From positions 33,394-97,393 of the forward strand of contig JBGSUI010000234.1 of assembly GCA_041736175.1 (NCBI GenBank): DNA of 64,000 bases, written 5' to 3'. Below the pieces are notes generated by a model. That model was not told where the DNA came from. It did not search any database and worked only from the letters and a program-made list of their open reading frames with translations. Below are positions 46,506 through 56,740 of this stretch, in pieces. Position 1 is the first letter of the stretch, and each line of letters begins with the position of its first letter. A program made the position numbers and the translations under genes. Source of the stretch: Oligoflexales bacterium (GTDB lineage: Bacteria > Bdellovibrionota_B > Oligoflexia > Oligoflexales > CAIYRB01).

Positions 46506-47939
46506 TCAATCAAGATCCTTAAATGAGTTTGAGATCTTTTGCCAATCTTTTAGGATTCTAGAAGTCGCTCCAAGCATCGAAGTCATAGCATCCAAAATCT
46601 GATTATGATTTCGCTGGAGGCGGCTTTTATCCAAGGAATCCCACCAGTTGTAGAGGGACTCCGCGGAGGTGACGACTTGGGCAAGTTTTAGATTAACAAG
46701 AAATTCGGCTTCTTGGCTATTAGTGTAACGAGGTCCCCAGGCTAAGGAGAGCCCCTTGATAGCAGGTTCTAAGACATTGTGGACCTGATGGTGAAGGGCT
46801 CCACCTACATAGGCCGCATGACCTACGCCGTAAATTTCCGCAAGAAAGCCCATTTGGTCGACTATGATTACAGCGGGGAGCTTTGGGTGATCCCCCATCA
46901 GATCCTTCTCACCACTCTCTTTGTATAGCTCGTCTTGTGAATCAACCCCTCGGGATCTCTGGGAGGTCAGGACAGGTTGAAATCCCCGACCTAGGCAGAG
47001 GTCGGCAATCTCTTGGATAGATGGACCATCGATTTTATGGGGGACCAAAACCAGATTCCATAGATCTTCCCTCGGTCTTCCACGATTCAGAATCTTAAGG
47101 TAGGAGTCTAACAATATTTCTGTATCCCGTGGATAGATACTACCCGCGACCAGGATCTTGGAGTAGGGAGGGATTCGACCGTGAGTGGTCAGATTTTGGA
47201 CCCAAGCCTTTGCGACACCCTCGTTGCCTTGGCTGCGTTGTGCGACGCGGTCGTATTTGGTGTCGCCTGCGACCATAAGCGCTTGAGCAGTCACCCCATA
47301 AAGGTTAGTTAATGAGGCATAGTCCTTTTGGGATAGGCAGTAGATCTTGGTAAAATAACTATAGAGCCACTTTTTGAGGATTTTTGCTGAAGTGGAGTCG
47401 ACCGATTGCACTGAGGCACCGATCATCGTGACGGGACCATAGGCAGCCGCAGTCGCCAAAAACCCCGGCCAAATCTCATGGCGGACGACCGTGGTCATGG
47501 CGGGCCTCAAGACTGCAAAAATCCAACCCCAGTCCCAAGGAGAATCTGTAAGGGGGGCGAGATTTAGGGAGAGGCTGGTTTTTTGCGCCTCCGGTCGCGC
47601 GCGTGCAAAAGTAACTCCGGAGATCGAATAAAAAAAGACGGCGACTAAAAATCTTTGGTGGGGCTCGGCTAATAAGCGGTCGATTACGGGTCGTGCTTGT
47701 TCGTATTCTCCCGCCGAACTGCAGAAAAAGACCACGCAGTCCTGGTGAAGTTGTCTTGCGGCCAACAGCTCTTTTGCTAGATCTCTAACCCGAGGGCGTT
47801 GGCAGAGCTGGGCAGTGATGTGGCCGAGTCGAGTCCGCTGGAAGGGGGTTGACTCTAATAAAAATACTAGGAAATTAAGGAATTTCCAGAGCCAAGAGTA
47901 GGTGATTGTCAGACATTCTTTGAGCAAAAACCAAGCCAT
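46506..47939 (-). CDS. waaA: 3-deoxy-D-manno-octulosonic-acid (Kdo) transferase
   Basis: SSAGEYEQARP, HEIWPG, GDTKYD, LVPH, DQMGFLAEIY, YVGG, HNVLEPA. Confidence 0.88.
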   Translation of the reverse strand: MAWFLLKECLTITYSWLWKFLNFLVFLLESTPFQRTRLGHITAQLCQRPRVRDLAKELLAARQLHQDCVVFFCSSAGEYEQARPVIDRLLAEPHQRFLVAVFFYSISGVTFARARPEAQKTSLSLNLAPLTDSPWDWGWIFAVLRPAMTTVVRHEIWPGFLATAAAYGPVTMIGASVQSVDSTSAKILKKWLYSYFTKIYCLSQKDYASLTNLYGVTAQALMVAGDTKYDRVAQRSQGNEGVAKAWVQNLTTHGRIPPYSKILVAGSIYPRDTEILLDSYLKILNRGRPREDLWNLVLVPHKIDGPSIQEIADLCLGRGFQPVLTSQRSRGVDSQDELYKESGEKDLMGDHPKLPAVIIVDQMGFLAEIYGVGHAAYVGGALHHQVHNVLEPAIKGLSLAWGPRYTNSQEAEFLVNLKLAQVVTSAESLYNWWDSLDKSRLQRNHNQILDAMTSMLGATSRILKDWQKISNSFKDLD

Positions 47940-47943
47940 GCTT

Positions 47944-49197
47944 TCACACTGAATCCTCAGAAGGTAGGGGGTTCCTAGGCAAAAGATGTCCCCGCGGAGG
48001 GTTGCTGCTTCGAGGGTCTTTGGGGACAAGGAGTTGGAGTAAATGGTCGGCAATTCTGCTAGGGTCTAAGGCCATAAAGCAGAGGTGATCTCCATAACGG
48101 CAGGTGACCATCCCATGTTTCGAACACGGTCGACAACCTATAGTCGCCGAAAAAGCCAGGCTTTGGGTCATGCGGGGTGCAAAACCAAATGATTCGATGG
48201 TGGGTCCAAAAAGGGAAGCCACGGGAGTATCGACGGCTTCGGCAATATGGGCTAAGGAGCTATCGTTGGCCAGCAGTGCTGCTGATTCCCGCAGTGCGCC
48301 AGCGTTTTCCCAAAGAGTGAGTTTTCCAGCGAGATTGAGTAGGGGTCCATCCCAGCCGAGAGTGTCGATGATGCTGCGGGCTAGGTCGCGGTCTTTGGTA
48401 TCACCTAAAAAGACTAGACCAAACGGTACAGTGTTTTGATCCGAAGAAGCACCCCTATGGGAGTCCTGACTTTCGTGGTAGCTGCCACCGAAAGAAAAAG
48501 AAGACAGGTTTACCATCCGGGCGATAATCGCAATCAAGAGGGAAAGTGGCGCTTGTTTGGTGGGATGGGCCGCTCCCGGGGCGATTGCCAACCAGCTACC
48601 AAACCGCAGCTCTTTGCGCCAAGGAGGGTCAAAGGAATCTGGGATAGGGAGTTTAGGAGGGAAATCCTTTTTTTCGATGGAGTCAAGGTATTCGGGCGGT
48701 AGCTGCCGTCTTAAGCCTTGGAGTAGGGTCTGGGACATCAATTGGTATTGGTGAAACGTAGGTCTTTTTGCCTCCTCCGGAAGAGGGCGACGCCGGCCTC
48801 TAAACCGAGCTTCAAATAAAAGCCTATTGCGGAGGACCTGAACCTTTGGCGACTCGTAGTAAGGGATCCCTTTGGCGACTTTGAGGTTTCGACAAATCCA
48901 CCGGGACCTTAGATTACACTGTAAGTCGATGATAAAGTGTATGTGATGTAATTTTTCTACGATTTCCTGGAGGGTGGCGATCGTTGAGCCTTTAGGGATG
49001 TCGATCGCTTTGATCTCTGGCCACGAACGCTTGACCATATCCAGGCTCGCGGATCTGCCGATCCAAAAGATTTCTACGGGAAAGGGGAGGGCAGAGAGCA
49101 TATGGAGACAGCTTGTGGCGAGGACAACGTCACCCAGACTGCTCGTCCTAAAAATGGCAATCCTAAGGGATGGAGCTGTGGTCGAAGGAGTGAGCAT
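47944..49197 (-). CDS. Glycosyltransferase family 9 (LPS heptosyltransferase)
   Basis: RTSSLGDVVL, IDLQ, IAPGA, LAGKLTL, NDSSLAHIAEA, LFGPT, CRPC. Confidence 0.9.
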   Translation of the reverse strand: MLTPSTTAPSLRIAIFRTSSLGDVVLATSCLHMLSALPFPVEIFWIGRSASLDMVKRSWPEIKAIDIPKGSTIATLQEIVEKLHHIHFIIDLQCNLRSRWICRNLKVAKGIPYYESPKVQVLRNRLLFEARFRGRRRPLPEEAKRPTFHQYQLMSQTLLQGLRRQLPPEYLDSIEKKDFPPKLPIPDSFDPPWRKELRFGSWLAIAPGAAHPTKQAPLSLLIAIIARMVNLSSFSFGGSYHESQDSHRGASSDQNTVPFGLVFLGDTKDRDLARSIIDTLGWDGPLLNLAGKLTLWENAGALRESAALLANDSSLAHIAEAVDTPVASLFGPTIESFGFAPRMTQSLAFSATIGCRPCSKHGMVTCRYGDHLCFMALDPSRIADHLLQLLVPKDPRSSNPPRGHLLPRNPLPSEDSV

Positions 49198-49295
49198 CGG
49201 CCCTTACCTTATTGATGGGGTGTCGTCTAGAGCCACAGTGACTTTAACGCATAGTTTTTTACCACAGATAGGGATTGGAAGCGAGACCGCTCCGA

Positions 49296-50048
49296 CTAGG
49301 TTACATTGCCTTTGTTGAGGCGGTAGCCGCGACCCCGGACACTCACCAAGTAGGTTGGTTTTGTGGGATCATCTTCAAGATATCTACGCAGTCTAACGAT
49401 AAAATTATCGACCGTTCGAGTTTCAACGTCTCCTTTGATCCCCCAAACTTTGAGGAGGAGGTGGGAGCGTGAGAGAACGCGGTCTGGGTTTAGGAAAAAC
49501 TCCTTAAGAACATCTGCTTCGAGTGCCGTGAGTGAAAAATGGACTTGTGGCGTGCTGAGTTCTAACGTGTCCGTATTGAGAACAAAGGGGCCAAAAGAGA
49601 GCGTCGAGTTGGGGACGACCGGGGTGTTAGACTCGGTGTCAGGAGTTTCTTTATTAAAAAAAACTGAGCGACGGATCATCCGCCGCACCCTAAGGAGAAA
49701 TTCCTTAAGGTGAAAGGGTTTGGTAATATAATCATCGACCCCCACTTCGAAGCCGCGGATGCGGTCTTCCTCGCGCCCCATCGCCGTAAGCATCAGGATT
49801 TGGGTCTGGTCGTCCTGGAGGCGGATATGGGAAGCCACCTCGAATCCACTGATCTCGGGAAGCATCACATCAAGCACGATAAGGTCAAACGGGCCTGCAT
49901 TTTGAAATAAACTAATAGCGCAGGGACCATCGTGGGCAATGACCACTTCAAATCCTTCCGCCGTGAGATTGAGCTCTAGGTTAAAGGCTAAGTGCGGTTC
50001 ATCTTCGACGACCAAGACTTTGGGTTTCTTGGGCTCTTTTTCAGTCAT
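49296..50048 (-). CDS. OmpR/PhoB-family response regulator
   Basis: VLVVEDE, LDVMLP, DDYITKPF, winged helix RTVDNFIVRLRR...VRGRGY. Confidence 0.93.
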   Translation of the reverse strand: MTEKEPKKPKVLVVEDEPHLAFNLELNLTAEGFEVVIAHDGPCAISLFQNAGPFDLIVLDVMLPEISGFEVASHIRLQDDQTQILMLTAMGREEDRIRGFEVGVDDYITKPFHLKEFLLRVRRMIRRSVFFNKETPDTESNTPVVPNSTLSFGPFVLNTDTLELSTPQVHFSLTALEADVLKEFFLNPDRVLSRSHLLLKVWGIKGDVETRTVDNFIVRLRRYLEDDPTKPTYLVSVRGRGYRLNKGNVT

Positions 50049-51027
50049 GACTTTCGCTCCTGGTGGGCAGAGTAACATAAAAGGTCGCACCAAAATTTAA
50101 CCCAGGACTTTCAACCCAAATCGATCCACCGAGGGATTTGACAGCTTCTTTTACAATGTAGAGTCCTAGTCCGGTGCCAGGGATTGACTTCTTGATAACC
50201 ATTTGGCCTCGATGAAACATTTTGAAGATGCGGCGGCGCTCTTTTCGGTCAAGCCCAATCCCTTGGTCCCGAACATACAGCAAAATCTCGTGATTTCCAC
50301 CCTCGGCACCGATTGTAATCAGAGAATCTCGCTTTGAGTACTTGATTGCGTTCTCAATAAGGTTGCCCAAAATAAGCCCCAAGGTCGAGCGAGGTAGTTT
50401 TAACCGTGTTTCAGATGGGAAATCAAACTTAATCCTAGACTCCAATTTAGGGTCGAGATGGGTAAACCGCGGAATAGTCTCGCCCACAAACTCTGCTAGG
50501 TTGATGGTCTGCCATTCGTCTTTTTGGGGGATCCCTCGATCGAGGCGTCCGGCGACTAGGATTTGGTCTACCAGTCTTTTTAGGCGATCGATATCCCCTA
50601 GGATCATATTGTGGAGTTTGGCCGTGGTCATAGGGTCAGGTTTTAGAGATATCAGCGATTCAAAGGAAAGCTGGAGGCTCGCTAGGGGTGATTTGAGTTC
50701 GTGGGTAACACTAGAAACAAAATTTCGTTGTTGGCGAGCAACGGCGCTTTGTTTTTGGCCAAAGACAAACAGCATAATAAGACCAACACATAAAACCCCG
50801 AGAAGAATGCAGCCGACGATCAAAATGGTAAGGGTGACACGGCTATCAAAAAGCTCCTGGCCAAAGCGACGGGCGAGTTCGGCGATGGCCTCTTGTTGGC
50901 TTAGAAACCAGATCACCCAAATCAGAGTGATGGCTAGCCAGACGATCTGCAACGATACGAAAATCGTTACAGGATGGCCAATCCAGCGCAACCTATGGAG
51001 GATATATCGGATCTTTTGGTAGATCAT
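50041..51027 (-). CDS. Sensor histidine kinase
   Basis: Two TM helices; VTHELKSPL, NLIENAIKYS, DQGIG, GTGLGL. Confidence 0.93.
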   Translation of the reverse strand: MIYQKIRYILHRLRWIGHPVTIFVSLQIVWLAITLIWVIWFLSQQEAIAELARRFGQELFDSRVTLTILIVGCILLGVLCVGLIMLFVFGQKQSAVARQQRNFVSSVTHELKSPLASLQLSFESLISLKPDPMTTAKLHNMILGDIDRLKRLVDQILVAGRLDRGIPQKDEWQTINLAEFVGETIPRFTHLDPKLESRIKFDFPSETRLKLPRSTLGLILGNLIENAIKYSKRDSLITIGAEGGNHEILLYVRDQGIGLDRKERRRIFKMFHRGQMVIKKSIPGTGLGLYIVKEAVKSLGGSIWVESPGLNFGATFYVTLPTRSESHD

Positions 51028-51034
51028 GGAGGGG

Positions 51035-51892
51035 TTAATCCCCGCCTTTGCTCTTAGATGCTTTTTCTAGGGCGGAGAATTTTTCCCACATGTCTCGGGT
51101 GACCAAAGTCGGTTTAACCAGCCACTGGGCTCCATCGACCACGAGGACTTCGCCTGAAATATAGGACGCTGCCTCAGAGGTCAGAAACAAGGCGGCATGG
51201 GCGATATCCTGAGTGGATCCCATACGACGCAGGGGGACCTCGCTGGCGATTTTTTCCGCTGCACCAAGGGGTGCAAGACGTCGCATACCTTCGGTTCCAT
51301 CGATGGCTCCGGGGGCAATGGTACAGACTCGGATGCCGTAGGGTCCCCATTCGCAGGCTAAATTGCGTGCCAAGGCATCGATCCCGGCCTTAGCAGCCAT
51401 CACATGGGCCTGCATGGGGGTGCCTTGGTAGTGGAGGGTCGCCGAGATGTTTAGGATCACGCTCGGGGCGCCTTTTTTAAGCTCTACAAAACTGGCCCGG
51501 CACATATTAAAAGTCCCATTGATGTCGATATCGATCACTGTCTTGAATCCATTGGAACTCAATGCGTCCGTAGGACAAAGGAAATTTCCAGCGGCACCGT
51601 TGACCAGAATATTGAGTCGCCCGTAAGTCTCAAGGGTAGCCTGGACCGCTGCTTCGGCGGATTTATAGTCACGGACATCTCCGGCAAATGAATGGGCTTG
51701 GATGCCAAGGGATTTGAGGGAGGCGCAGGCTTGGTCGAGGACGTCCTTGCGGCGACCCATAAGCATAAGCTTTGCTCCGTGGAGCCCCATTGCCTTAGCG
51801 ATATCAAAACAGATTCCAGTTCCGCCACCGGTGACGAGGACGACTTGATCTTTAAGCAGATCTGGCCTGTAGGGGGATTTTGAGGGGATCAT
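51035..51892 (-). CDS. SDR oxidoreductase, 2,4-dienoyl-CoA reductase-like
   Basis: VTGGGTGI, NGAAGNF, NISATL, HVMAAKAG, ACEWGPYGIR. Confidence 0.88.
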   Translation of the reverse strand: MIPSKSPYRPDLLKDQVVLVTGGGTGICFDIAKAMGLHGAKLMLMGRRKDVLDQACASLKSLGIQAHSFAGDVRDYKSAEAAVQATLETYGRLNILVNGAAGNFLCPTDALSSNGFKTVIDIDINGTFNMCRASFVELKKGAPSVILNISATLHYQGTPMQAHVMAAKAGIDALARNLACEWGPYGIRVCTIAPGAIDGTEGMRRLAPLGAAEKIASEVPLRRMGSTQDIAHAALFLTSEAASYISGEVLVVDGAQWLVKPTLVTRDMWEKFSALEKASKSKGGD

Positions 51893-52017
51893 ACGAGCCT
51901 TTCTGTTGAATGTTTGTTGATCGCTGGGTGGAACTTTTAAGGAAGCACTCCAAAGATGATTAGCATTTTTTTGCTAAAATAGCATGGCACAAAGAGCTGC
52001 TTTGATTTGGCATAAAA

Positions 52018-52596
52018 TCAATGAAAAACAGTGCTGGAGATTTTGGCTGTTTTTAAAAGATTTCTAACGACCAACAAAAAATTAGTCGCCTTATTAGGAT
52101 CCATTTCGTTCACATAGAAATAGAAATTTTGAATTTGGTATAAGTTTTTAAGGCCATGAATAGCTTTGATCACCAGCTGCTGGTGCACACTCTGGGTTTG
52201 GTCTAGAAAGCCTTCTACAATGGATGGTGACAGGGAAATACCGATGGAGGGGGTTTCCCATTGGCTTAGGAGGGAGGTGAGTTGGGTGACCCATCGCGCC
52301 TGCTCCATCTCTCCCTGGGGCAGATCTCTGGTGAGAAAAACCAGCCAGCGATCAGAATCACTGGAGCTGGAGAAAATGCTAGCTGGAGTATCGCTCATGC
52401 CCTGGTTCAGTCCTAAATTGAGGACTCCTTGTGGACTCGTTTGGCTTGCTAAAGTCTCGGAGAGTCCAGGGCCATCACCCGCAAAGCCGATCCAGAAATT
52501 ACATTCAGGTGTTAAAAGACAGAGATCCGAAGCAAATCGCAAAATGGTTTTGCCAGCTTCAGGGTCGTTAGGAATGTTAGAGGAAGACTGCATCAT
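52018..52596 (-). CDS. Hypothetical protein
   Basis: 192-aa ORF co-directional with the downstream operon; no motif recognised. Confidence 0.55.
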   Translation of the reverse strand: MMQSSSNIPNDPEAGKTILRFASDLCLLTPECNFWIGFAGDGPGLSETLASQTSPQGVLNLGLNQGMSDTPASIFSSSSDSDRWLVFLTRDLPQGEMEQARWVTQLTSLLSQWETPSIGISLSPSIVEGFLDQTQSVHQQLVIKAIHGLKNLYQIQNFYFYVNEMDPNKATNFLLVVRNLLKTAKISSTVFH

Positions 52597-52734
52597 ACGA
52601 TAAGTCTACCAATGATTGGATCCCATGGGCAAGAAGCATTTGGGCTGTTTTTGAGTGCCGTTGATTCACTTTGACAGTAGGCCTCACTCCGGCATACGAT
52701 TGTGGAACACATAATGCAGAGGTGTCGCATTCAC

Positions 52735-53760
52735 ATGGAAGCTGGTCGTGCAACTTTAGTTCAACCAAGCCCCTCCTCTCGGGAAACGTGGATCGATGTA
52801 GCAAAAGGCTGGGGCATCCTGCTTGTGGTTTTAGGTCATGCGCTACGCGGTTTGCAAAATGTAGCGATTCTGCCTAATTCGGGCTGGGCGCATGTGATGG
52901 ATGCCTGGATTTATTCCTTTCACATGCCATTGTTCTTTCTATTGTCCGGCTTTTTCATGGAAAAGGCGGTGCAGAGGCCTCTTGATCGCGCGCTGAAGGA
53001 TCGAGCAAAAACTTTGCTTTGGCCTTATTTACTATGGTCTATCCTGCAGACACTAGTCCAGATCAGCATGTCGGGTTTTACGAGCGCGACCTATCATTGG
53101 ACTCATTTGTTCGGAATCCTTTGGAAACCAGTCATGCAATTCTGGTTTCTTTATGTCTTACTCATGCAAAGTCTTTTGTGGTTGGGACTGCGGCGAGCCG
53201 GTGTGCCGGCTTTGGGACTATTGACCATCGCTTTGCTTTTACACCTTACCCAAAATGGAGAGGGTTTCTGGGCCGTATGGGATCTTGTTTGTATTCATGG
53301 AGTATGGTTTGCCGTCGGTGCCGTGCTTGGCATCATGCCAAAACTCGTGGAAAAAATGCGTTCGGCTTCCATGTTGGCTAAATTCAGTATGTGGGGAGCG
53401 GGCTTTGCGCTCACAACCTGGGGTGCGGTGACCCGTGCTGATGAATTGCTTGTATCGAATCTTCTTTGGGCTTTGCCTGGTGTGCTTGCGAGTTTGGCTT
53501 TGGCCATGAGCCTACAGCAAAATTTGCCCATCACCCGAGGATTTGCCTGGATCGGTCGTCTTTCCCTGGAAATTTATCTGGTCCACACCCTAGCTTCCGC
53601 CACCACGCGTGCCATACTTCTACATGGATTTAAGATTCAGGACACGACCCTGCATCTCCTGCTGGGTACGGCCGCTGGTATTGTGATTCCTGTGGCCATG
53701 GTGCTGATCTGTCGTCGCTTTCAGTTACGGCATATCTTCCGATTCGGGTCGGTGGCATGA
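52735..53760 (+). CDS. Acyltransferase family 3 (membrane O-acetyltransferase)
   Basis: RETWIDVAKGWGILLVVLGH, IYSFHMPLFFLLSG, FWFLYVL, IGRLSLEIYLVH. Confidence 0.92.
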   Translation: MEAGRATLVQPSPSSRETWIDVAKGWGILLVVLGHALRGLQNVAILPNSGWAHVMDAWIYSFHMPLFFLLSGFFMEKAVQRPLDRALKDRAKTLLWPYLLWSILQTLVQISMSGFTSATYHWTHLFGILWKPVMQFWFLYVLLMQSLLWLGLRRAGVPALGLLTIALLLHLTQNGEGFWAVWDLVCIHGVWFAVGAVLGIMPKLVEKMRSASMLAKFSMWGAGFALTTWGAVTRADELLVSNLLWALPGVLASLALAMSLQQNLPITRGFAWIGRLSLEIYLVHTLASATTRAILLHGFKIQDTTLHLLLGTAAGIVIPVAMVLICRRFQLRHIFRFGSVA

Positions 53761-53777
53761 TTTTAAGCGGCTCGAAT

Positions 53778-54353
53778 TCACCCTAAATGACGATTGACTG
53801 ATACCACTGTGACCCTGTGGGGGACATGTTTGGTCACAACGGCATTTGCTCCAACTACAGCGTCATTCCCCAATTGAATCGGTCCAAGTATGCGGGCACC
53901 AGCACCAATTTTCACATGATGACCTAGAGTTGGATAGCCATTATTTTCGTTAGTGCCTAAAGTGTTTGAACCCATAAAAATGCACAAATCACCGACCTTT
54001 GATGAACCGCCAATCACAATTCCTACACTGTGAAGAAAAACCACTCCCGTGCCTATCTGAGCAGTGGCATCGATATCAGCGCCAAAAAATATCAAAGTAC
54101 CTATGCGAATAAAGCGGCTTAGCACCGGGATTTTTTTCTTAAAGACAAAGGCGCGGAGCCTCACAGCGATAAGTAACCAAAGACTGTCATTTCCAAGTAA
54201 AAGCTTGAGGGCTGAATCTTGGTTGAAGTATTGCTTATAAGCTTCGATATCAGCAGCTAGCTGTCTCCAAAATGAATGGGAAATGTTAGGTGATGAAAGC
54301 GGTTCTTGATCAAATAAATTTTGTATCGAAGGCTTATCTTGAATCATGGTCAA
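53778..54353 (-). CDS. Serine-acetyltransferase-like hexapeptide-repeat acetyltransferase
   Basis: ADIDATAQIGTGVVFLHSVGIVIG, PTLGHHVKIGAGARILG, VGANAVVTK. Confidence 0.85.
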   Translation of the reverse strand: MTMIQDKPSIQNLFDQEPLSSPNISHSFWRQLAADIEAYKQYFNQDSALKLLLGNDSLWLLIAVRLRAFVFKKKIPVLSRFIRIGTLIFFGADIDATAQIGTGVVFLHSVGIVIGGSSKVGDLCIFMGSNTLGTNENNGYPTLGHHVKIGAGARILGPIQLGNDAVVGANAVVTKHVPHRVTVVSVNRHLG

Positions 54354-54442
54354 TCCTGCTTTTGTAAGCGCTATTCTGATTAGAACGAAGAAAATAGATC
54401 AATGAAGATTGCCCACTGCCTTTGCATTCCCACAACCTATGG

Positions 54443-54904
54443 CTAGACGAGTTTGTCGCTAGCGAGGCGGTTTAGAATGCCGTTGACGAGTTTGTGGGAT
54501 TCAGCAGTACCAAACTTCTTAGAGAGTTCGATCGCTTCGTTTAGGACAACTTTTGTAGGTGTCTGCTTAGCATCAAGCTCTGCCGCGGCGAGCCGGAGGA
54601 TACACCGTTCGACCGTCGCAAGGCGCTCTAAGCTCCACTGGAGGAGGTTAGGCTCCAAGTGACTATCCCAATAGGTAAGGCGATTTAGGACCTGCTCCGC
54701 TTGGGCCTTAACGGAGGATTTTATGGAGTCGGGGACTTGGGTATGTTGGGCAAAACTCTGGAAATGACTATCAGAGAAGAAATAGATCTTTTCCATTTCA
54801 CATTGATAGAGAAACTGAAAAACCGCCTCCCGAGCCAGTCGACGCGGGTCTCGCGCTGCTTCGGATGGTGATCTCACAGATTTTGATTTAGGTTTCTTTG
54901 ACAC
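54443..54904 (-). CDS. nusB: Transcription antitermination factor NusB
   Basis: RRLAREAVFQFLYQ, WSLERL, VVLNEAIELSKKFG, VNGILN. Confidence 0.95.
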   Translation of the reverse strand: MSKKPKSKSVRSPSEAARDPRRLAREAVFQFLYQCEMEKIYFFSDSHFQSFAQHTQVPDSIKSSVKAQAEQVLNRLTYWDSHLEPNLLQWSLERLATVERCILRLAAAELDAKQTPTKVVLNEAIELSKKFGTAESHKLVNGILNRLASDKLV

Positions 54905-55350
54905 TAGGTGAGCTCCTCAAGCTGTTGAAACGTGTCGACCATAGATATAGCTGTTCGAGCCGCATCGGCTCCCTTATTGCCACCTTTCAGACCACAGCGG
55001 CTGAGAGCTTGGTCTTCAGTATCCGTCGTTAGGACACCAAAAATAATCGGGCTCGCAGTGGTCACCGCCACCTCCTGTAAACCTCGGGCGGTCTCACCAG
55101 CTACGAAATCAAAATGGGGGGTGTCCCCCCTGATCACCGCTCCTAAGCAGACGATCGCTGCAAACTTTTTGCTGTGTGCAGCCTTGCTTGCCAACGCGGG
55201 CATCTCGAAACAACCTGGAACCCAAAGGGTTTTCACATCGTTTGACCCTAGGCCATGGGACTGGAAGGTTTCGAGGGCCCCTTCAAGCAGGGCCTTGGTG
55301 ATCAGGTCATTAAAGCGGCTTGCGATCAGTAGATAGGGTTTTTGTCCCAT
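54904..55350 (-). CDS. ribH: 6,7-dimethyl-8-ribityllumazine synthase
   Basis: SRFNDLIT, VPGCFEMP, LGAVIRGDTPHFD, FGVLTTD, GNKG. Confidence 0.96.
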   Translation of the reverse strand: MGQKPYLLIASRFNDLITKALLEGALETFQSHGLGSNDVKTLWVPGCFEMPALASKAAHSKKFAAIVCLGAVIRGDTPHFDFVAGETARGLQEVAVTTASPIIFGVLTTDTEDQALSRCGLKGGNKGADAARTAISMVDTFQQLEELT

Positions 55351-55390
55351 GGGTTTTGCTTCCTTTAGTTGGCTCAAAAGTATTAGGTGA

Positions 55391-56584
55391 TTATATGGAA
55401 GAACTTTGCGGCATTGAGATTGTTTCTGTGACCTCAAGACCATATCCAAGGAGACCCTTAAGGGCGACGGGCCTCGTCATATGGACCCGCATTTTTCTGA
55501 CCCCGATCAGCCTCAAAATCTGCGCTCCTAAACCTAGGGTCCTTGGGTCGGTTTCCATCCATGTCGGCGCAAGGTTTTCTTCTGGGGATTTAGGTTTGGA
55601 AGGATTCCCATGGATGGTTAACCGATCGAAGTCCTTTAAAATATCAGCGGGGTCCTGTTGTTGAACCAGATATAGGAGGACGCCGTTTTCGACCCTTTCC
55701 AGCATCTTAAGGCTGTCGCTAAAAAAGTTAGGTCCTTTGAGGTCGATCGTCGCAAAAAGATCGCTGAGTTGTCTTTGGCGGTGGACTCGCACATCAGTGA
55801 CGATCTTTTCAGAGGGAGCACCTTTGACCAGGGCGATATGGTGGACTTGGTCGATCAGGCTACGAAAGAGAATGATTTCAAAGGATCCGTGGGATGTCAA
55901 AAAAGGAGCCCTGCGCTCGATCTTTACGAGGGATTCCTGCATGAGCCGGTAAGCGATGAGGTCCGCAATGGTCAAGATCGGCAGATCGTGTTTCGTCGAA
56001 AAGTTACCGAGGTCATCTCTTCGGGCCATAGTGCCGTCATCATTCATAATTTCGCAGATCACAGCAGCTTTTTCCTGGCCTGCAAGGAAGGTTAAATCTA
56101 TAGAGCCTTCCGTGTGACCTCCCCGTTCCAAAACACCGCCACTACGGGCTTTAAGGGGGAAAACGTGACCAGGGACCACGATGTCTTCGGGACCGGACTC
56201 AGGATCCGTGGCGACTTGAATGGTATGGGCCCGATCTGCTGCGGAGATTCCCGTCGTCACGCCGAGGCGGGCTTCGATACTCACGGTAAAGGCAGTCGAC
56301 TTATTGCCTATTCTGCGAGAGGAGTCCTCCATCATGGGTAGTTTGAGTCTTTCAACGGTGTTGGCATCGAGGGCTAAACAGACGAGGCCCCTGGCCTCTT
56401 TGGTCATGAAATTGATCATTTGGGGGGTCACTAAACGAGCAGCGCAGACGAGATCGCCTTCGTTCTCCCGGTCCTCATCATCGACCATGATGACCATCCC
56501 GCCTTTCTTAATGGCCTCAATAGCGACAAGGACCCGATTGACAGATGGTTCTTGGGGGGGTGAAGCTAGTGTCACAGGAAGCAC
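55391..56584 (-). CDS. ribB: DHBP synthase fused to a degenerate GTP cyclohydrolase II domain (RibBX)
   Basis: VDDEDRENEGD, TGISAADRA, RGGHTE; the C-terminal domain VRVHRQRQLSDLF has no Zn-binding Cys. Confidence 0.9.
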   Translation of the reverse strand: MLPVTLASPPQEPSVNRVLVAIEAIKKGGMVIMVDDEDRENEGDLVCAARLVTPQMINFMTKEARGLVCLALDANTVERLKLPMMEDSSRRIGNKSTAFTVSIEARLGVTTGISAADRAHTIQVATDPESGPEDIVVPGHVFPLKARSGGVLERGGHTEGSIDLTFLAGQEKAAVICEIMNDDGTMARRDDLGNFSTKHDLPILTIADLIAYRLMQESLVKIERRAPFLTSHGSFEIILFRSLIDQVHHIALVKGAPSEKIVTDVRVHRQRQLSDLFATIDLKGPNFFSDSLKMLERVENGVLLYLVQQQDPADILKDFDRLTIHGNPSKPKSPEENLAPTWMETDPRTLGLGAQILRLIGVRKMRVHMTRPVALKGLLGYGLEVTETISMPQSSSI

Positions 56585-56740
56585 CTTTCAGAAGGGGAGG
56601 GATCTCATTCCAAAAAAGAATTTTTTCAGAAATATATATTTTGGAATCTTAACAGGAGCTTAGATGAATCTGGGATAACTCTATCCAAGACTCGGAAATG
56701 TAACGTCATTTAGCGATAAGATCTAGGCTAAAATGGCCAG

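Noticed and set aside
46438..46509. N-terminal extensions in the ORF track for rng, waaA, ribH, rplU, rpiB, ribE and fliK
   Set aside because: Downstream ATGs match the conserved N-termini and/or have an RBS; the extensions are longest-ORF artefacts.
50342..51022. Long antisense ORFs (also 37146-37838, 58023-58559, 13522-14031, 63386-63859)
   Set aside because: Shadows of well-supported genes on the opposite strand, with no motifs of their own.
56585..56740. FMN riboswitch between ribE and ribB
   Set aside because: Two hairpins are present (about 56608-56631 and 56666-56693) but none of the conserved RFN sequence blocks.
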